Below are positions 9,735 to 19,219 of a stretch of 29,197 nt of DNA, in pieces. The DNA is taken from assembly GCA_040770465.1 (NCBI GenBank), contig JAXGJB010000037.1:1-29197 (forward strand), in the 5' to 3' direction. This stretch comes from Methanothrix sp. (GTDB taxonomy: Archaea > Halobacteriota > Methanosarcinia > Methanotrichales > Methanotrichaceae). Numbering within the stretch: position 1 is the first letter of the stretch; every line of letters starts with the position of its first letter. Both the position numbers and the translations under genes were made by a program. Under the pieces are notes generated by a model. The model saw only the letters and a program-made list of their open reading frames with translations, made no database searches and was not told the DNA's origin.

Positions 9735-9906
9735 AGGCGGGATTCGGCTGTCGGCCGCAGCCTGCCTCTATTGCGCCCGGCTCCAGGGGATCCGGCCACC
9801 GTTCATCGCTTCCGTCCTTCCATCCAGCCCCTTCATCCGAGCCCATCTTTCATGGCCCATTCCGCCGGTGGACCTGATCCAGCTAGCCCGGATAGTTCCG
9901 ATTCTT

Positions 9907-9921
9907 GAAAACGTTTAATTA
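9907..9921 (+). promoter_or_regulatory. Putative archaeal BRE/TATA promoter
   Basis: GAAAACG-TTTAATTA lying ~24-31 bp upstream of ATG 9945, consistent with a leaderless transcript. Confidence 0.45.
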
Positions 9922-9944
9922 TCCTCTGAGCGTAAAGGAAGATC

Positions 9945-10100
9945 ATGGACGCTGAAGAGATCGCCGGAAAGTGCTCGATGAAAGATCTGAGGCCGATTGC
10001 GAAGAAGTACGGTGTCAAGACCCACTGCGCGAAGAAGATCGACGTGGTCAAGGCGCTCCCTCCGGAAGCGCTGGCGGAGCTGGAAGCTTCAACCGAATGA
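9945..10100 (+). CDS. 51-aa small protein, SAP/HeH/Rho-N-like helix-extension-helix
   Basis: Below the ORF-track cutoff. MDAEEIAGKCSMKDLRPIAKKYGVKTHCAKKIDVVKALPPEALAELEASTE; host-like codon usage and an upstream TATA box. Confidence 0.65.
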   Translation: MDAEEIAGKCSMKDLRPIAKKYGVKTHCAKKIDVVKALPPEALAELEASTE

Positions 10101-10179
10101 CGATCGTGTCCGCTTAGTCCAGCGATTGAGCTGCCGGGAGACGAAGAGGATTATAAGCATCATGCCCCACGGAGGAGGG

Positions 10180-10515
10180 ATGATATCCGAATCTTGCGAC
10201 CTGGACAGCTTCATCGACGCGATCAGAGACCTAACCTACCACGAGGTCCTCACCACCATCTTGAAGGAGGGGTATGCCACCGACGACCTCCTCGTCCACA
10301 ATAAGAGGGAAGGCGCCCCCGCCGAGGAGATCGAGAGGATCTCGGAGTACAACAGGGCGCTGCGATCCTTCATCTTCCTCCTCCAGACCGGCCAGAGGCC
10401 CGACCTCGCCACCGCTGAGGAGAAGGAGGGGTACAACAAGTTCCGCCATATCGCAAAGGGCCTGGTGGACCGGGGGGAGCTACTCCCGGCGATCCTGGAC
10501 TACTTCGACGAGTGA
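10180..10515 (+). CDS. Hypothetical protein (111 aa)
   Basis: C-terminal part of ORF 9997..10515. ATG 10180 is preceded by GGAGGAGG and by TTATAA at 10151. Confidence 0.7.
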   Translation: MISESCDLDSFIDAIRDLTYHEVLTTILKEGYATDDLLVHNKREGAPAEEIERISEYNRALRSFIFLLQTGQRPDLATAEEKEGYNKFRHIAKGLVDRGELLPAILDYFDE

Positions 10516-10591
10516 GCCCTCTCGTCTCGCGTATCTCATCTTTCTCTTTTATCTCTCAGCTCAGATATTTGTTGGCCCATCTGAACCAGGG

Positions 10592-11770
10592 TCATACCCG
10601 CCATATCTCCTGGGAAAGCCTGGTCAGCCTCGTCGGGCCCCGGTCGGTGGTGAGGAATGTGTCCTCGATCCCAACGACCCCGACCCCAGGATAGATCATC
10701 TTCGGCTCCAAGGCGACGGCCATGTTCGGCACGATCTCGTGGTCGACGGGCCCCAGTATCGGGTACTCGTCGATCTCCAGGCCCAATCCGTGGCCGACGA
10801 AGCCGCACTTGGCGCCGACGGGGCCTCCGAGGCTCTCCTGGTAGCCCAGATCCTCGCCCTTGGCCTCGGAGATCTCGAAGATCTCCCGGCCGGAGTTTCC
10901 GGGGCGTAAAGACTCGGCGACGGCCTTCTCCACCTCCAGGGCCGCCTGGTGGGCGTCCTCCAGCTCCCTCGGAAGCCTGCCGATGGAGAAGATCCTCGTC
11001 TCGTCGGCGGTGTAGCCGTTGTAGACCCCGCCGTAGTCTACGAGGATCGGCTCGTTCTTCCCGATCTTCCGGAACCCCGGCCCCTGGGGCTGGAGTAGGG
11101 AGGGGCCGACTCCGCCTGTTGGCGAAGCGACGAAGCTCGGATACGCGCCGTTCGGCCCCGCCATCAGATGGCCCATGGGAAGCTCCTGGTTGAACCTTCT
11201 GAAACGAAGGGAGCCCTGGTGGCCGAGGGCCCGCATCTCCGCCTCGACCTTCGCCGCCAGCTCGATCTCGGCCATCCCCTCCTCCAGGTGGTCTGGGACC
11301 GAGCCGATACCGGCGTCGAGGATCCGAGCCGCCTCTCTTATCAGCCGGATCTCAAACTTCGACTTGACCGACCGAACATGCCTGATCCGATCGGAGACGT
11401 CCACAAACTCGGCGTCCCCCAGGGCCTGCTTCACCCGGGCGTAGTTGTTGAAGGGAAGGACGTCCAGCTCAAGGCCGATCCGTGCCCCCGAGGGGATTCC
11501 GAGGTCTGATTTCAGGTTTCGCAGGCTCCTCAAGGGGCTGACTTCCAGGGGCGACTCCGCCCTCGCTCTATCCAGGCTCTTTCTCACCATGACCACGGAC
11601 TCGGCCTCCGGGTCCGCCGGGACGTAGACGAGCCCGTCCTGGGCCGTCCCCGAGAAGTAGAGCATGTCCACGGACTGGAAGAGGATCGCTCCGGTCAGGT
11701 CCTCCATCCTGCTCTGAAGGTTCTTCGTCCTCGCATCGATCTCCGACTTCGGGTGCAAAATTAGCTCCAT
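10592..11770 (-). CDS. M24 Xaa-Pro aminopeptidase family protein
   Basis: RSVKSKFEI, LVDYGG..NGYTADETR, GHGLGLEIDE, ALEPK, GIEDT. Confidence 0.9.
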   Translation of the reverse strand: MELILHPKSEIDARTKNLQSRMEDLTGAILFQSVDMLYFSGTAQDGLVYVPADPEAESVVMVRKSLDRARAESPLEVSPLRSLRNLKSDLGIPSGARIGLELDVLPFNNYARVKQALGDAEFVDVSDRIRHVRSVKSKFEIRLIREAARILDAGIGSVPDHLEEGMAEIELAAKVEAEMRALGHQGSLRFRRFNQELPMGHLMAGPNGAYPSFVASPTGGVGPSLLQPQGPGFRKIGKNEPILVDYGGVYNGYTADETRIFSIGRLPRELEDAHQAALEVEKAVAESLRPGNSGREIFEISEAKGEDLGYQESLGGPVGAKCGFVGHGLGLEIDEYPILGPVDHEIVPNMAVALEPKMIYPGVGVVGIEDTFLTTDRGPTRLTRLSQEIWRV

Positions 11771-11912
11771 TCTATCTCCTCCCCCTTCCGATCATCATCT
11801 TCCTATTCTATCTTCTCTTCCTTCTGCTATCATCTTTCTATTCTGCCCCTTTCTCCTCTTTTCGTCCCGTTCTTCCCTTCTCTTCCCTTCTCTATTCGTT
11901 TACTTATTCCGT
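11771..11912. repeat. Low-complexity pyrimidine (+) / purine (-) tract
   Basis: ~140 bp dominated by C/T on the + strand, including tcttcccttc twice in tandem. Confidence 0.7.
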
Positions 11913-11932
11913 CTTGCGTCGGCGCTTCGTCC

Positions 11933-12586
11933 CTATATCCCTTTCGAGATCTCCTCCTCCAGGTCCGCCAGGTACCTTCTCAAGACCTCGCCCCTCCTTT
12001 TTGCGAGCCTCCTCCCCGTCGGGGTGTGCATCCCGTCCTCAAGCTTCAAGAGCTTTCTATAAAAATGGTCCAGGTTCCACCTCCCGTCGTCCGGCTCCCG
12101 ACTCCTGCAGAAAGGGTCCTCGGGGTTGTAGAGAGGCCGTCCGAGGGCTCCGCCCGTAAGAAAGACCCTCGCTATCCCTATCGCCCCCATGGCGTCGAGC
12201 CGATCGGCGTCCTGGAGGACCTTCGCCTCAAGGGTGGCGGGCTTTATCCCCTTCGAGAAGCTGTGGACCTTCACGGCGTAAAGAACTCCGCCGATGACAT
12301 CCTCTGAAAGCCCTCTCCTCTTCAGAAGCTCATCTACGGCCGAAAGCTTCTTCGCCTCCGATTCGGCCGACCTCTCCTGGAGCTTCGTCCCCGAACCGGC
12401 GTCGTGAAGGAGGGCGGCAAAGGCGACGACCTGCAGGTTCGCCCCCTCCGCCTCCCCGATAACGATGGCGTTCCTGTAGACCCTCAGAGCGTGGGAGAAG
12501 TCGTGGGCGGGGTCTTTGCCGTCGTAGGAGGGTGCGATCTCTTCCAGCAGGGTTTTTTCGGCGAAGCCTTCGTCAGGAGATTTCAT
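11933..12586 (-). CDS. HD-domain phosphohydrolase (YedJ-like)
   Basis: AHDFSHALRV, AALLHD, HSFS, QDADRLDAMGAIGIARVF, DHFYRKLLKL. Start moved to ATG 12586 to avoid overlap with the divergent gene. Confidence 0.88.
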   Translation of the reverse strand: MKSPDEGFAEKTLLEEIAPSYDGKDPAHDFSHALRVYRNAIVIGEAEGANLQVVAFAALLHDAGSGTKLQERSAESEAKKLSAVDELLKRRGLSEDVIGGVLYAVKVHSFSKGIKPATLEAKVLQDADRLDAMGAIGIARVFLTGGALGRPLYNPEDPFCRSREPDDGRWNLDHFYRKLLKLEDGMHTPTGRRLAKRRGEVLRRYLADLEEEISKGI

Positions 12587-12607
12587 CGCCAAAAGATTCA
12601 GCTCTCG

Positions 12608-12617
12608 ATATAAATAA
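12608..12617 (-). promoter_or_regulatory. Putative TATA box in the divergent HD/M50 intergenic region
   Basis: TTATTTATAT on the - strand, 22-31 bp upstream of ATG 12586. Confidence 0.4.
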
Positions 12618-12675
12618 TCGATATTTGGGAGCTGGATCAACAAGCTAATATCACAGTCTCCTTCAAGGTAGTCCC

Positions 12676-13341
12676 ATGAGTCCTTCGAGCAGGATGGGAG
12701 GAACGGAGCTGTTCGACCTGTTGCTGTCGCTCGCAGCCCTCGCTTTTGCCTTTTCAATCATCATCGGCGAAAGCGGCGTGCCCGGAGCCGAGATAATCTT
12801 CATATCGGCCATGGGCGTGGGGTCGGGATTCCTCTTGCACGAGATGGCCCACAAGGTCGTCGCCCAGCGGTACGGCTACGAGGCCGAGTACAGGGCGAAC
12901 CGGATGGGGCTCGTCTTCCTCATCGCCATGGCCTTCATGGGCTTCATCTTTGCAGCCCCCGGAGCGGTGGTGATCCGAAAAGACCCTTACAATCCGATCG
13001 GATTTCATCGCCCCGAAGGAGACTCCTCTATCGAAGGGATGGAAATGATGCCAGGTCGCGAGGAGCTCTGGATATCTCTCGCTGGCCCCATGACGAACAT
13101 CCTGCTTACCCTCCTTTTCTTCTCGCTCATCAAGGGCGGGATCGTCACGGGCGGGCTTTTGATGGGCGTTGCTCACTTTGGGTTCTTCATCAACCTGATC
13201 CTGGCGGGGTTTAACATGATACCGGCAGGCCCCCTCGACGGCGCCAAGATCTTCAGGGGGAGCCGACTGGTCTGGGCGATCGTTGGAATTCCGACTATAC
13301 TGGCGGCTCTCCCGGTCTTCTTCGGCATGAGGATAATATGA
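12676..13341 (+). CDS. M50 site-2 membrane metalloprotease
   Basis: HEMAH, ISLAGPMTN, FNMIPAGPLDG and several hydrophobic segments. Start could be 12694. Confidence 0.9.
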   Translation: MSPSSRMGGTELFDLLLSLAALAFAFSIIIGESGVPGAEIIFISAMGVGSGFLLHEMAHKVVAQRYGYEAEYRANRMGLVFLIAMAFMGFIFAAPGAVVIRKDPYNPIGFHRPEGDSSIEGMEMMPGREELWISLAGPMTNILLTLLFFSLIKGGIVTGGLLMGVAHFGFFINLILAGFNMIPAGPLDGAKIFRGSRLVWAIVGIPTILAALPVFFGMRII

Positions 13342-13395
13342 GGGTACGAAGAATATAGGGTCTGGCTAGAGCGACCGAGCTACTTCGTCCTTCAT

Positions 13396-15576
13396 TCACA
13401 GACCTTCGCCGTCCGGCCCGTCGATCTCAGGCCTCTCCCTCATGGAGAGGGAGATCCTCTTTCTGTCCAGATCCACATTGAGGACGGTGACCTCCACCTT
13501 CTGGTGGACCCTCACCACCTCCGCCGGGTCCCTTACGAAGCGATCGGCAAGCTCGCTGATGTGGACCAGCCCGTCCTGATGGACGCCGACGTCGACGAAG
13601 GCGCCGAAGGCGGCGACGTTCGTCACAATCCCAGATAGCCGCATCCCTGGCCGGAGGTCCTCGATCGCCGTGACTCCGGGCGAAAACCTGAAGGGCACAA
13701 ACTCCCGGCGCGGATCCCGGCCCGGCTTTGAAAGCTCTTCGAGGATGTCGTTTATGGTGGGAAGCCCCGCCCTCTCGGAGACGTACCTCTCCGGATCGAT
13801 CCTTCTCTGGAGGCGGGAGTCCTTCATCAGATCCTCGACGGTGGCGCCGAGGTCTTCTGCCATCGCCTCCACGATCCCGTAGCTCTCGGGATGGACTGCA
13901 GAGCCGTCGAGGGGATTGTCACCGCACCTAATTCGGAGAAAGCCCGCGGCCTGCTCGAAGGCCTTCGGACCGAGGCCGGGAACTCTTTTGAGATCTTCCC
14001 TCGATCTGAAGGGGCCGTCCTCGTCTCTGCGACGGACGATCGATGCCGCTAGCTTGGGCCCCAGCCCCGAGACGTATGAGAGAAGCTCGATGCTCGCGGT
14101 GTTCAGGTCCACCCCGACGGCGTTGACGCAAGTTTCGACGACGTCCTCGAGCTTTCTCTTCAGGGCCGTCTGGTTGACGTCGTGCTGGTACTGGCCCACG
14201 CCTATCGACTTTGGGTCGATCTTCACAAGCTCCGCCAGAGGGTCCATCAGCCGTCTGCCGATGGAGACGGCGCTCCTGACCGTGACGTCCTCGTCGGGAA
14301 ACTCGTCTCTTGCGCACTTCGACGCCGAATAGACGGAGGCTCCGGCCTCGTCGACCATGACGATCGGAACGTCTGACGGCAAGCTGAGCCCTCTGAGAAA
14401 CTCCTCGGTCTCCCTCCCGGCTGTCCCGTTTCCAGCGGCGATGTACTCGACGCCGAACTTTTCGCAGAGGTCGAGGATCTTCTTGGCAGCCTCCCGGACC
14501 TCTCGTTGGGGCGGATGGGGAAAGATGACGTCTTTTGCGACTAGGGAGCCCTGAGGGTCGAGGACGGCCACCTTGCATCCGGTCCGAAACCCCGGATCGA
14601 TGGCCATGACCGTCTTCTCCCCCAGGGGAGGCTCCAGGAGGAGCTGGCGGAGGTTTTCGGCGAAGACCTCGATCGCCCTATCCTCGGCCCGCTCCCTCGC
14701 AGCTGAGAGGCTCTCCCTCTCCATCGACGGCGCAAGAAGCCTCTTGTAGCCGTCCTGCAGAGCCAGCAGGAGCTCATCGGCGGCGGGAGAGTTGGGCCCC
14801 GTCTTCTTCCGTCGCACGAAGAGCGACTCAAGAATTGCCGATGCCTTTTCCAGAGGCGGCTCGACGTGAAGGGTCAAAAACCCCTCTTTCCTCCCCCTCA
14901 AGATCGCCATGACCCTGTGAGACGGGGCCCTGGAGAGGGGCTCAGACCAGTCGGCGTAATCCCGGTACTTGGAGCCGTCCCCTTCCAGGGCTCCTGCGGC
15001 CTTAGAGCGCAAAATCCCCTGTCTTGAGAAGAGGTCTCGCATCCTGGACCTCGCCTCCGGGTCCTCGCTGACCCTCTCGGCGATGATGTCTCTTGCCCCC
15101 GCCAGGGCCTCGTCGACCGAGCCGACCCCCTTCTCGGGATCGACAAACTTCGCCGCCTCGGCTCTGGGGTCGGCCTTCCCCTGATCGAGGATCTTCTCCG
15201 CCAGGGGCAGAAGCCCCCGCTCTCTGGCGACGGATGCCCGGGTCTTTCGCTTGGGGCGGAAGGGGAGATAGATATCCTCCAGGACCGCCATCGTCTCCGC
15301 TGCCAGGACCCTCTTTTCCAGGTCAGCGGTCAGCTCTCCATTCGTTTCAAGAGACTTCAGGATCGTGCTCCGTCTCTGGTCAAGAGCGCTGAACTTTTCG
15401 ATTGAGTCACGTATGGCGGCGATGGCGACCTCATCGAGCCCCCCTGTAGCCTCCTTTCGATACCGAGCTATGAAGGGGATCGTCTTGCTCTCGTCCAGGA
15501 GCAACGCTGCAGCCCGGACCTGGCCGCCTTTCAGGCCGAGCTCGCCCGCGATCCTTGAGATGTAGAACTCGTTCAT
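13396..15576 (-). CDS. tex: Tex RNA-binding transcription accessory protein (YqgF, HhH, S1 domains)
   Basis: TIPFIARYRKEATG, DPGFRTGCK, ELVKIDPKSIGVGQYQHDV, S1 motif FGAFVDVGVHQDGLVHISEL. Confidence 0.95.
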   Translation of the reverse strand: MNEFYISRIAGELGLKGGQVRAAALLLDESKTIPFIARYRKEATGGLDEVAIAAIRDSIEKFSALDQRRSTILKSLETNGELTADLEKRVLAAETMAVLEDIYLPFRPKRKTRASVARERGLLPLAEKILDQGKADPRAEAAKFVDPEKGVGSVDEALAGARDIIAERVSEDPEARSRMRDLFSRQGILRSKAAGALEGDGSKYRDYADWSEPLSRAPSHRVMAILRGRKEGFLTLHVEPPLEKASAILESLFVRRKKTGPNSPAADELLLALQDGYKRLLAPSMERESLSAARERAEDRAIEVFAENLRQLLLEPPLGEKTVMAIDPGFRTGCKVAVLDPQGSLVAKDVIFPHPPQREVREAAKKILDLCEKFGVEYIAAGNGTAGRETEEFLRGLSLPSDVPIVMVDEAGASVYSASKCARDEFPDEDVTVRSAVSIGRRLMDPLAELVKIDPKSIGVGQYQHDVNQTALKRKLEDVVETCVNAVGVDLNTASIELLSYVSGLGPKLAASIVRRRDEDGPFRSREDLKRVPGLGPKAFEQAAGFLRIRCGDNPLDGSAVHPESYGIVEAMAEDLGATVEDLMKDSRLQRRIDPERYVSERAGLPTINDILEELSKPGRDPRREFVPFRFSPGVTAIEDLRPGMRLSGIVTNVAAFGAFVDVGVHQDGLVHISELADRFVRDPAEVVRVHQKVEVTVLNVDLDRKRISLSMRERPEIDGPDGEGL

Positions 15577-15628
15577 ATTCGATTCTCAAAAAGTCTGAAT
15601 GAAGATCTGCACGAAATTGCAGGCATTC

Positions 15629-16132
15629 TTAAACTCTCCGCTTGTTGGTCCGCCCCTTCTTGACCTCGAAGATGTAGGTCTTCTCATCTTCGATCTCGTG
15701 CCAGAGGTTTCTGTAGTAATCCTCTTTCCACTCCGCAAATCCGTCATCGAACCCCGGATCCCTCTCATCGATGTGTATCAAAAAGCCCCTCTCGGAGTGA
15801 GGTGCACAGAGCTTCAGCTTCTCCATACTGCTTTTTATCCTCGATCGATCATAGGTCATCGTCTTACCTCCTTCTCTTGTGATGGTCGCGAACTCTATGA
15901 CCACAATGCATTCATCTCCCTTGAAGATCGAGATGGCTGGTCTGCACTCGCCCACTGGATGATTTATAAGCATGGTCATTATTTTGTTTTTATCCGTATG
16001 GGCTCGGAGGTTGTGATAAAGAGATGCTCCAAAGTCCTCCTCTGTCTCGATCTTTCCGCTCCTGAAGTCCTCTACCGACCCCTTGAACGCTTCTACGACG
16101 TTTCTTTCGAACTTGCTCACCCGCGCAACCAT
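15629..16132 (-). CDS. Hypothetical protein, possibly a degenerate PD-(D/E)xK fold
   Basis: GGAGG and a TTTATA box upstream. TEEDF...RPAISI...VVIEFA echoes the E...PD...ExK pattern without the D and K. Confidence 0.6.
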   Translation of the reverse strand: MVARVSKFERNVVEAFKGSVEDFRSGKIETEEDFGASLYHNLRAHTDKNKIMTMLINHPVGECRPAISIFKGDECIVVIEFATITREGGKTMTYDRSRIKSSMEKLKLCAPHSERGFLIHIDERDPGFDDGFAEWKEDYYRNLWHEIEDEKTYIFEVKKGRTNKRRV

Positions 16133-16169
16133 CCAGATCCCTCCTGCTCATCATCTCTGCAATCTCTTG

Positions 16170-17120
16170 GTGTATAAATTAGCAAATACCTTGCGATTGG
16201 ATGGTATGAGCATTTTTAGATGATCGACTTATCGATCCTCCAATTTTTCGATCAAAGAGCGATATATCGGCAGTCTCGCTAAAAAATTCTGAGATTTGTT
16301 TTAGTAGATTATTATTAATAGTTTGTATAGAACCGCAGAATTGTTAGTAATATTTAGCAACTATTTATTAATTGTTATATTTTTTCAAGCAAACTATTTA
16401 TGGTATGAGTTTGATAAACTGTAAAAGTGTATTTCATCGGATAAGGGTTTTAAGATAATGGAGCGAGCACCGGGCTATGATACTCCTGAATGTAGCTTGC
16501 GGTTAAAAATTTGGTTTAAATCAAGGGGGTTAAATAAATTAGGCGAGTCGTATTATGTGAATGTGGAGAGTTTGTAGATGGAGATACTTTTAAAGATTAT
16601 ATAGAGACAAAAGTCAACCCATCCACACCTACCATAGGACATACCAGATGCGGTCTGGTGTTCAATTTCGTGGATGGTGAGTATCAAAAACGATATTCTT
16701 CCAAGAAGGAACTGAAGAGCCTGGCTTTGAAGTTTGCAGAAAAAAACAAGTTTGAATATGAGGTCACGGAAGTTTTCCTGCTGGAAGTGGATAGATTAAA
16801 ATCCCGGGGAACTATGGAGGATGTAGAAATACTGATGAAGGCATACGAAAATATCTTTGAAAATTATTCTCTTAATTCATGGAGGCGAATACATAAAATT
16901 AGATACTAGTCGATATATTCTCACCAATAGTAATAATTTTTCCTCAGCATTAAGTCAATTTTAAAGTTAAGGTATTGGACTTTAAGTTCTTCATTTAAGA
17001 AGAGAACAGATATCAGAGGATAATCGATGAAATTTTAGAAGTGGGGGAACCCCACGAAAAGAAAGAGAATATCTTTTAGAGACTCGTGCCCTGTGAAGAA
17101 AATACCACCGGGAAGGAAAG
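16170..17120. other. AT-rich boundary/regulatory region upstream of the CIS operon
   Basis: Abrupt drop in GC relative to the flanking genes, with several TATA-like tracts. Confidence 0.7.
16538..16909 (+). CDS. Putative Zn-binding (CxC...HxxC) hypothetical protein with ATT start or lost start codon
   Basis: The frame of ORF 16658..16909 is open back to 16538 (TAA at 16535): IRRVVLCECGEF...IGHTRCGLVFNF. AGGGGG at 16524-16529 precedes the ATT. Confidence 0.55.
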   Translation: MRRVVLCECGEFVDGDTFKDYIETKVNPSTPTIGHTRCGLVFNFVDGEYQKRYSSKKELKSLALKFAEKNKFEYEVTEVFLLEVDRLKSRGTMEDVEILMKAYENIFENYSLNSWRRIHKIRY

Positions 17121-17132
17121 AAGGTGAAGAAT

Positions 17133-18680
17133 ATGCCATCTGCACTAACATATCCTGGAGTGTATATAGAAGAGATCCCCAGCGGTGTTCGCACCATCAC
17201 TGGCGTGGCCACGTCGATCGCAGCGTTCGTTGGCTGGGCGAATAGGGGGCCAACAGATAAGGCCCAGCGCATCTTGAGTTGGCCGGATTTTGAGCGCAAG
17301 TTTGGAGGAATGGATTCGAGGAGCCTCCTGGGCTATGCCGTCTATAACTTCTTCGCAAATGGAGGAAGAGATGCCTACGTCATCCGACTGGCGAACGAAC
17401 CCATTGGAGAAGAAGCCGTGGGTGAAAACTCTGCAGTCGCAGCTCAACGGGAGATGGACGGCAAGCTCACTCTGACCGCGGTTAGTCCAGGAGAATGGGG
17501 AAACCATTATGGATTCAAGACAGAGCCCAGATCGGATGACACAACGAGGTTTCGGCTGCAGGTACTGTTCTTCAAAAAAGTCGACGATACTGATGAGAAG
17601 GGAGCTGTAGTGGAGTCCTTTGAGAACCTCTCCATGGACGAGAACGACCGGAGGTATGCGGTGAAGGTGATCAATGAGGATTCAGCCATCATCAAAACCG
17701 CCCTGGTGGGAACGCCTGATCCAAATGATCCCCCAGAAACCGGTTCTCCTCTTCCCAGACTTATTGGCGGCAATGATGGTTCAGTACTTGAACCCAATTC
17801 AGGCCCATTTGAGACGAGACTTATGAGCGACACAGGAGGCTACCGGCTACTGGAGAGGGTCGACCTCTTCAATCTCCTGTGTGTTCCTGGGGAGACTGCA
17901 CCGGCAACGCTTTCCACTCTCGAAGCATTTTGTCGAGATCATCGCGCATTCCTGATTGCGGACTGTGCCGAAAATGCTACGTTTGATAACTTGGATGACG
18001 GTCCAGACACCAATCTGACCGGCGATGATGCCATCAACGCCGCATTCTATTTCCCCTGGCTTATGATGCCCGATCCATTGAAGGAGAACAGGCCAAAGAA
18101 GATCCCGCCTTGCGGCTTCGTTGCCGGCATCTACTCCCGGACTGATGCCAGCAGAGGCGTCTTCAAAGCACCTGCCGGAATCGATGCAAGCCTTACAGGA
18201 GTTCTGGGAGTTACACAAACCCTCACAGATGATGAGAACGGTGTGCTGAACCAGATGGCTGTAAACTGCATAAGGAACTTTTCCGTCTATGGGACAGTCG
18301 TCTGGGGGGCGAGGACCCTTAGAGGCAATGATCAGATTGGATCGGAGTGGAAGTACATCCCCGTTCGGCGCATGGCCCTCTTCATCGAGGAGAGCCTCTT
18401 CCGGGCAACGAAATGGGTCGTCTTCGAGCCCAACGACGAGCCGCTCTGGGCTCAGATAAGGCTCAACATCGGCGCATTCATGCACAACCTATTCCGCCAG
18501 GGAGCATTCCAGGGAGGCACTCCGAGAGAAGCTTATTTCGTAAAATGCGATAAAGAGACCACCACTCAGAACGATATCAATCTCGGAATCGTGAACATCA
18601 TCGTGGGCTTCGCCCCGCTGAAGCCGGCGGAGTTCGTGGTGATAAAGATCCAGCAGATAGCAGGTCAGATCCAGACATGA
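17133..18680 (+). CDS. Contractile tail sheath protein (Afp/Pvc2-4-like)
   Basis: TYPGVYIEE, ITGVATSIAAFVG, FFANGG, PPCGFVAGIYSRTD..RGVFKAPA, VWGARTL, WKYIPVRR, WVVFEPNDEPLW, GFAPLKPAEFV. Confidence 0.95.
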   Translation: MPSALTYPGVYIEEIPSGVRTITGVATSIAAFVGWANRGPTDKAQRILSWPDFERKFGGMDSRSLLGYAVYNFFANGGRDAYVIRLANEPIGEEAVGENSAVAAQREMDGKLTLTAVSPGEWGNHYGFKTEPRSDDTTRFRLQVLFFKKVDDTDEKGAVVESFENLSMDENDRRYAVKVINEDSAIIKTALVGTPDPNDPPETGSPLPRLIGGNDGSVLEPNSGPFETRLMSDTGGYRLLERVDLFNLLCVPGETAPATLSTLEAFCRDHRAFLIADCAENATFDNLDDGPDTNLTGDDAINAAFYFPWLMMPDPLKENRPKKIPPCGFVAGIYSRTDASRGVFKAPAGIDASLTGVLGVTQTLTDDENGVLNQMAVNCIRNFSVYGTVVWGARTLRGNDQIGSEWKYIPVRRMALFIEESLFRATKWVVFEPNDEPLWAQIRLNIGAFMHNLFRQGAFQGGTPREAYFVKCDKETTTQNDINLGIVNIIVGFAPLKPAEFVVIKIQQIAGQIQT

Positions 18681-18687
18681 GGAGGCG

Positions 18688-19209
18688 ATGAAAATGGCAC
18701 AGTTCAGCGTCAATACTGAGCGTTTCGATCCCTACAAAAACTTCAAGTTCAGGGTCAAATGGGATGGACGTTACGTGGCTGGCATAAGCAAGGTGGGATC
18801 TCTCAAACGAACTACTGAAGTGGTTAAACACCGGGAGGGGGGAGATCCGAGCAGCAGCCGAAAATCACCCGGTAGGACGGAATACGAGGCCATAACTCTG
18901 GAGCGTGGAGTCACCCACGACCCGGAATTTGAAAACTGGGCCAAGAAAGTCTGGAACTTCCAGGCAGGGCTTGGCAGTGAGGTCTCACTGAAGGACTTCC
19001 GAAAAGACATCATCATCGAGGTCTACAACGAGGCTGGCCAGCTGGCTCTGGCCTACAAAGTCTATCGAACCTGGGTCTCAGAGTTTCAGGCCCTGCCTGA
19101 CCTGGATGCCAATGCCAACGCCGTCGCCATCCAGACCATCAAGCTGGAGAACGAGGGCTGGGAAAGGGATCTCGATGTTCCGGAGCCGACCGAGCCGACA
19201 CTGACCTGA
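18688..19209 (+). CDS. Tail tube protein (T4 gp19 / Afp1/5-like)
   Basis: DPYKNFKFRV, HREGG, KSPGRTEYEAITLERGVT, FRKDIIIEVYNEAG, LDANANAVAI. GGAGG upstream. Confidence 0.93.
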   Translation: MKMAQFSVNTERFDPYKNFKFRVKWDGRYVAGISKVGSLKRTTEVVKHREGGDPSSSRKSPGRTEYEAITLERGVTHDPEFENWAKKVWNFQAGLGSEVSLKDFRKDIIIEVYNEAGQLALAYKVYRTWVSEFQALPDLDANANAVAIQTIKLENEGWERDLDVPEPTEPTLT

Positions 19210-19219
19210 GGTCAGATAG

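Noticed and set aside
9997-10179. N-terminal extension of ORF 9997..10515
   Set aside because: Overlaps the 51-aa gene in another frame; RBS and TATA support ATG 10180.
12587-12757. N-terminal extension of the HD protein
   Set aside because: Overlaps the divergent M50 gene and the TATA box; ATG 12586 is more plausible.
16170-17120. tRNA/att site or IS element at the island boundary
   Set aside because: No cloverleaf, terminal inverted repeats or transposase recognisable by eye; tRNAscan-SE and ISEScan would be needed to exclude them fully.
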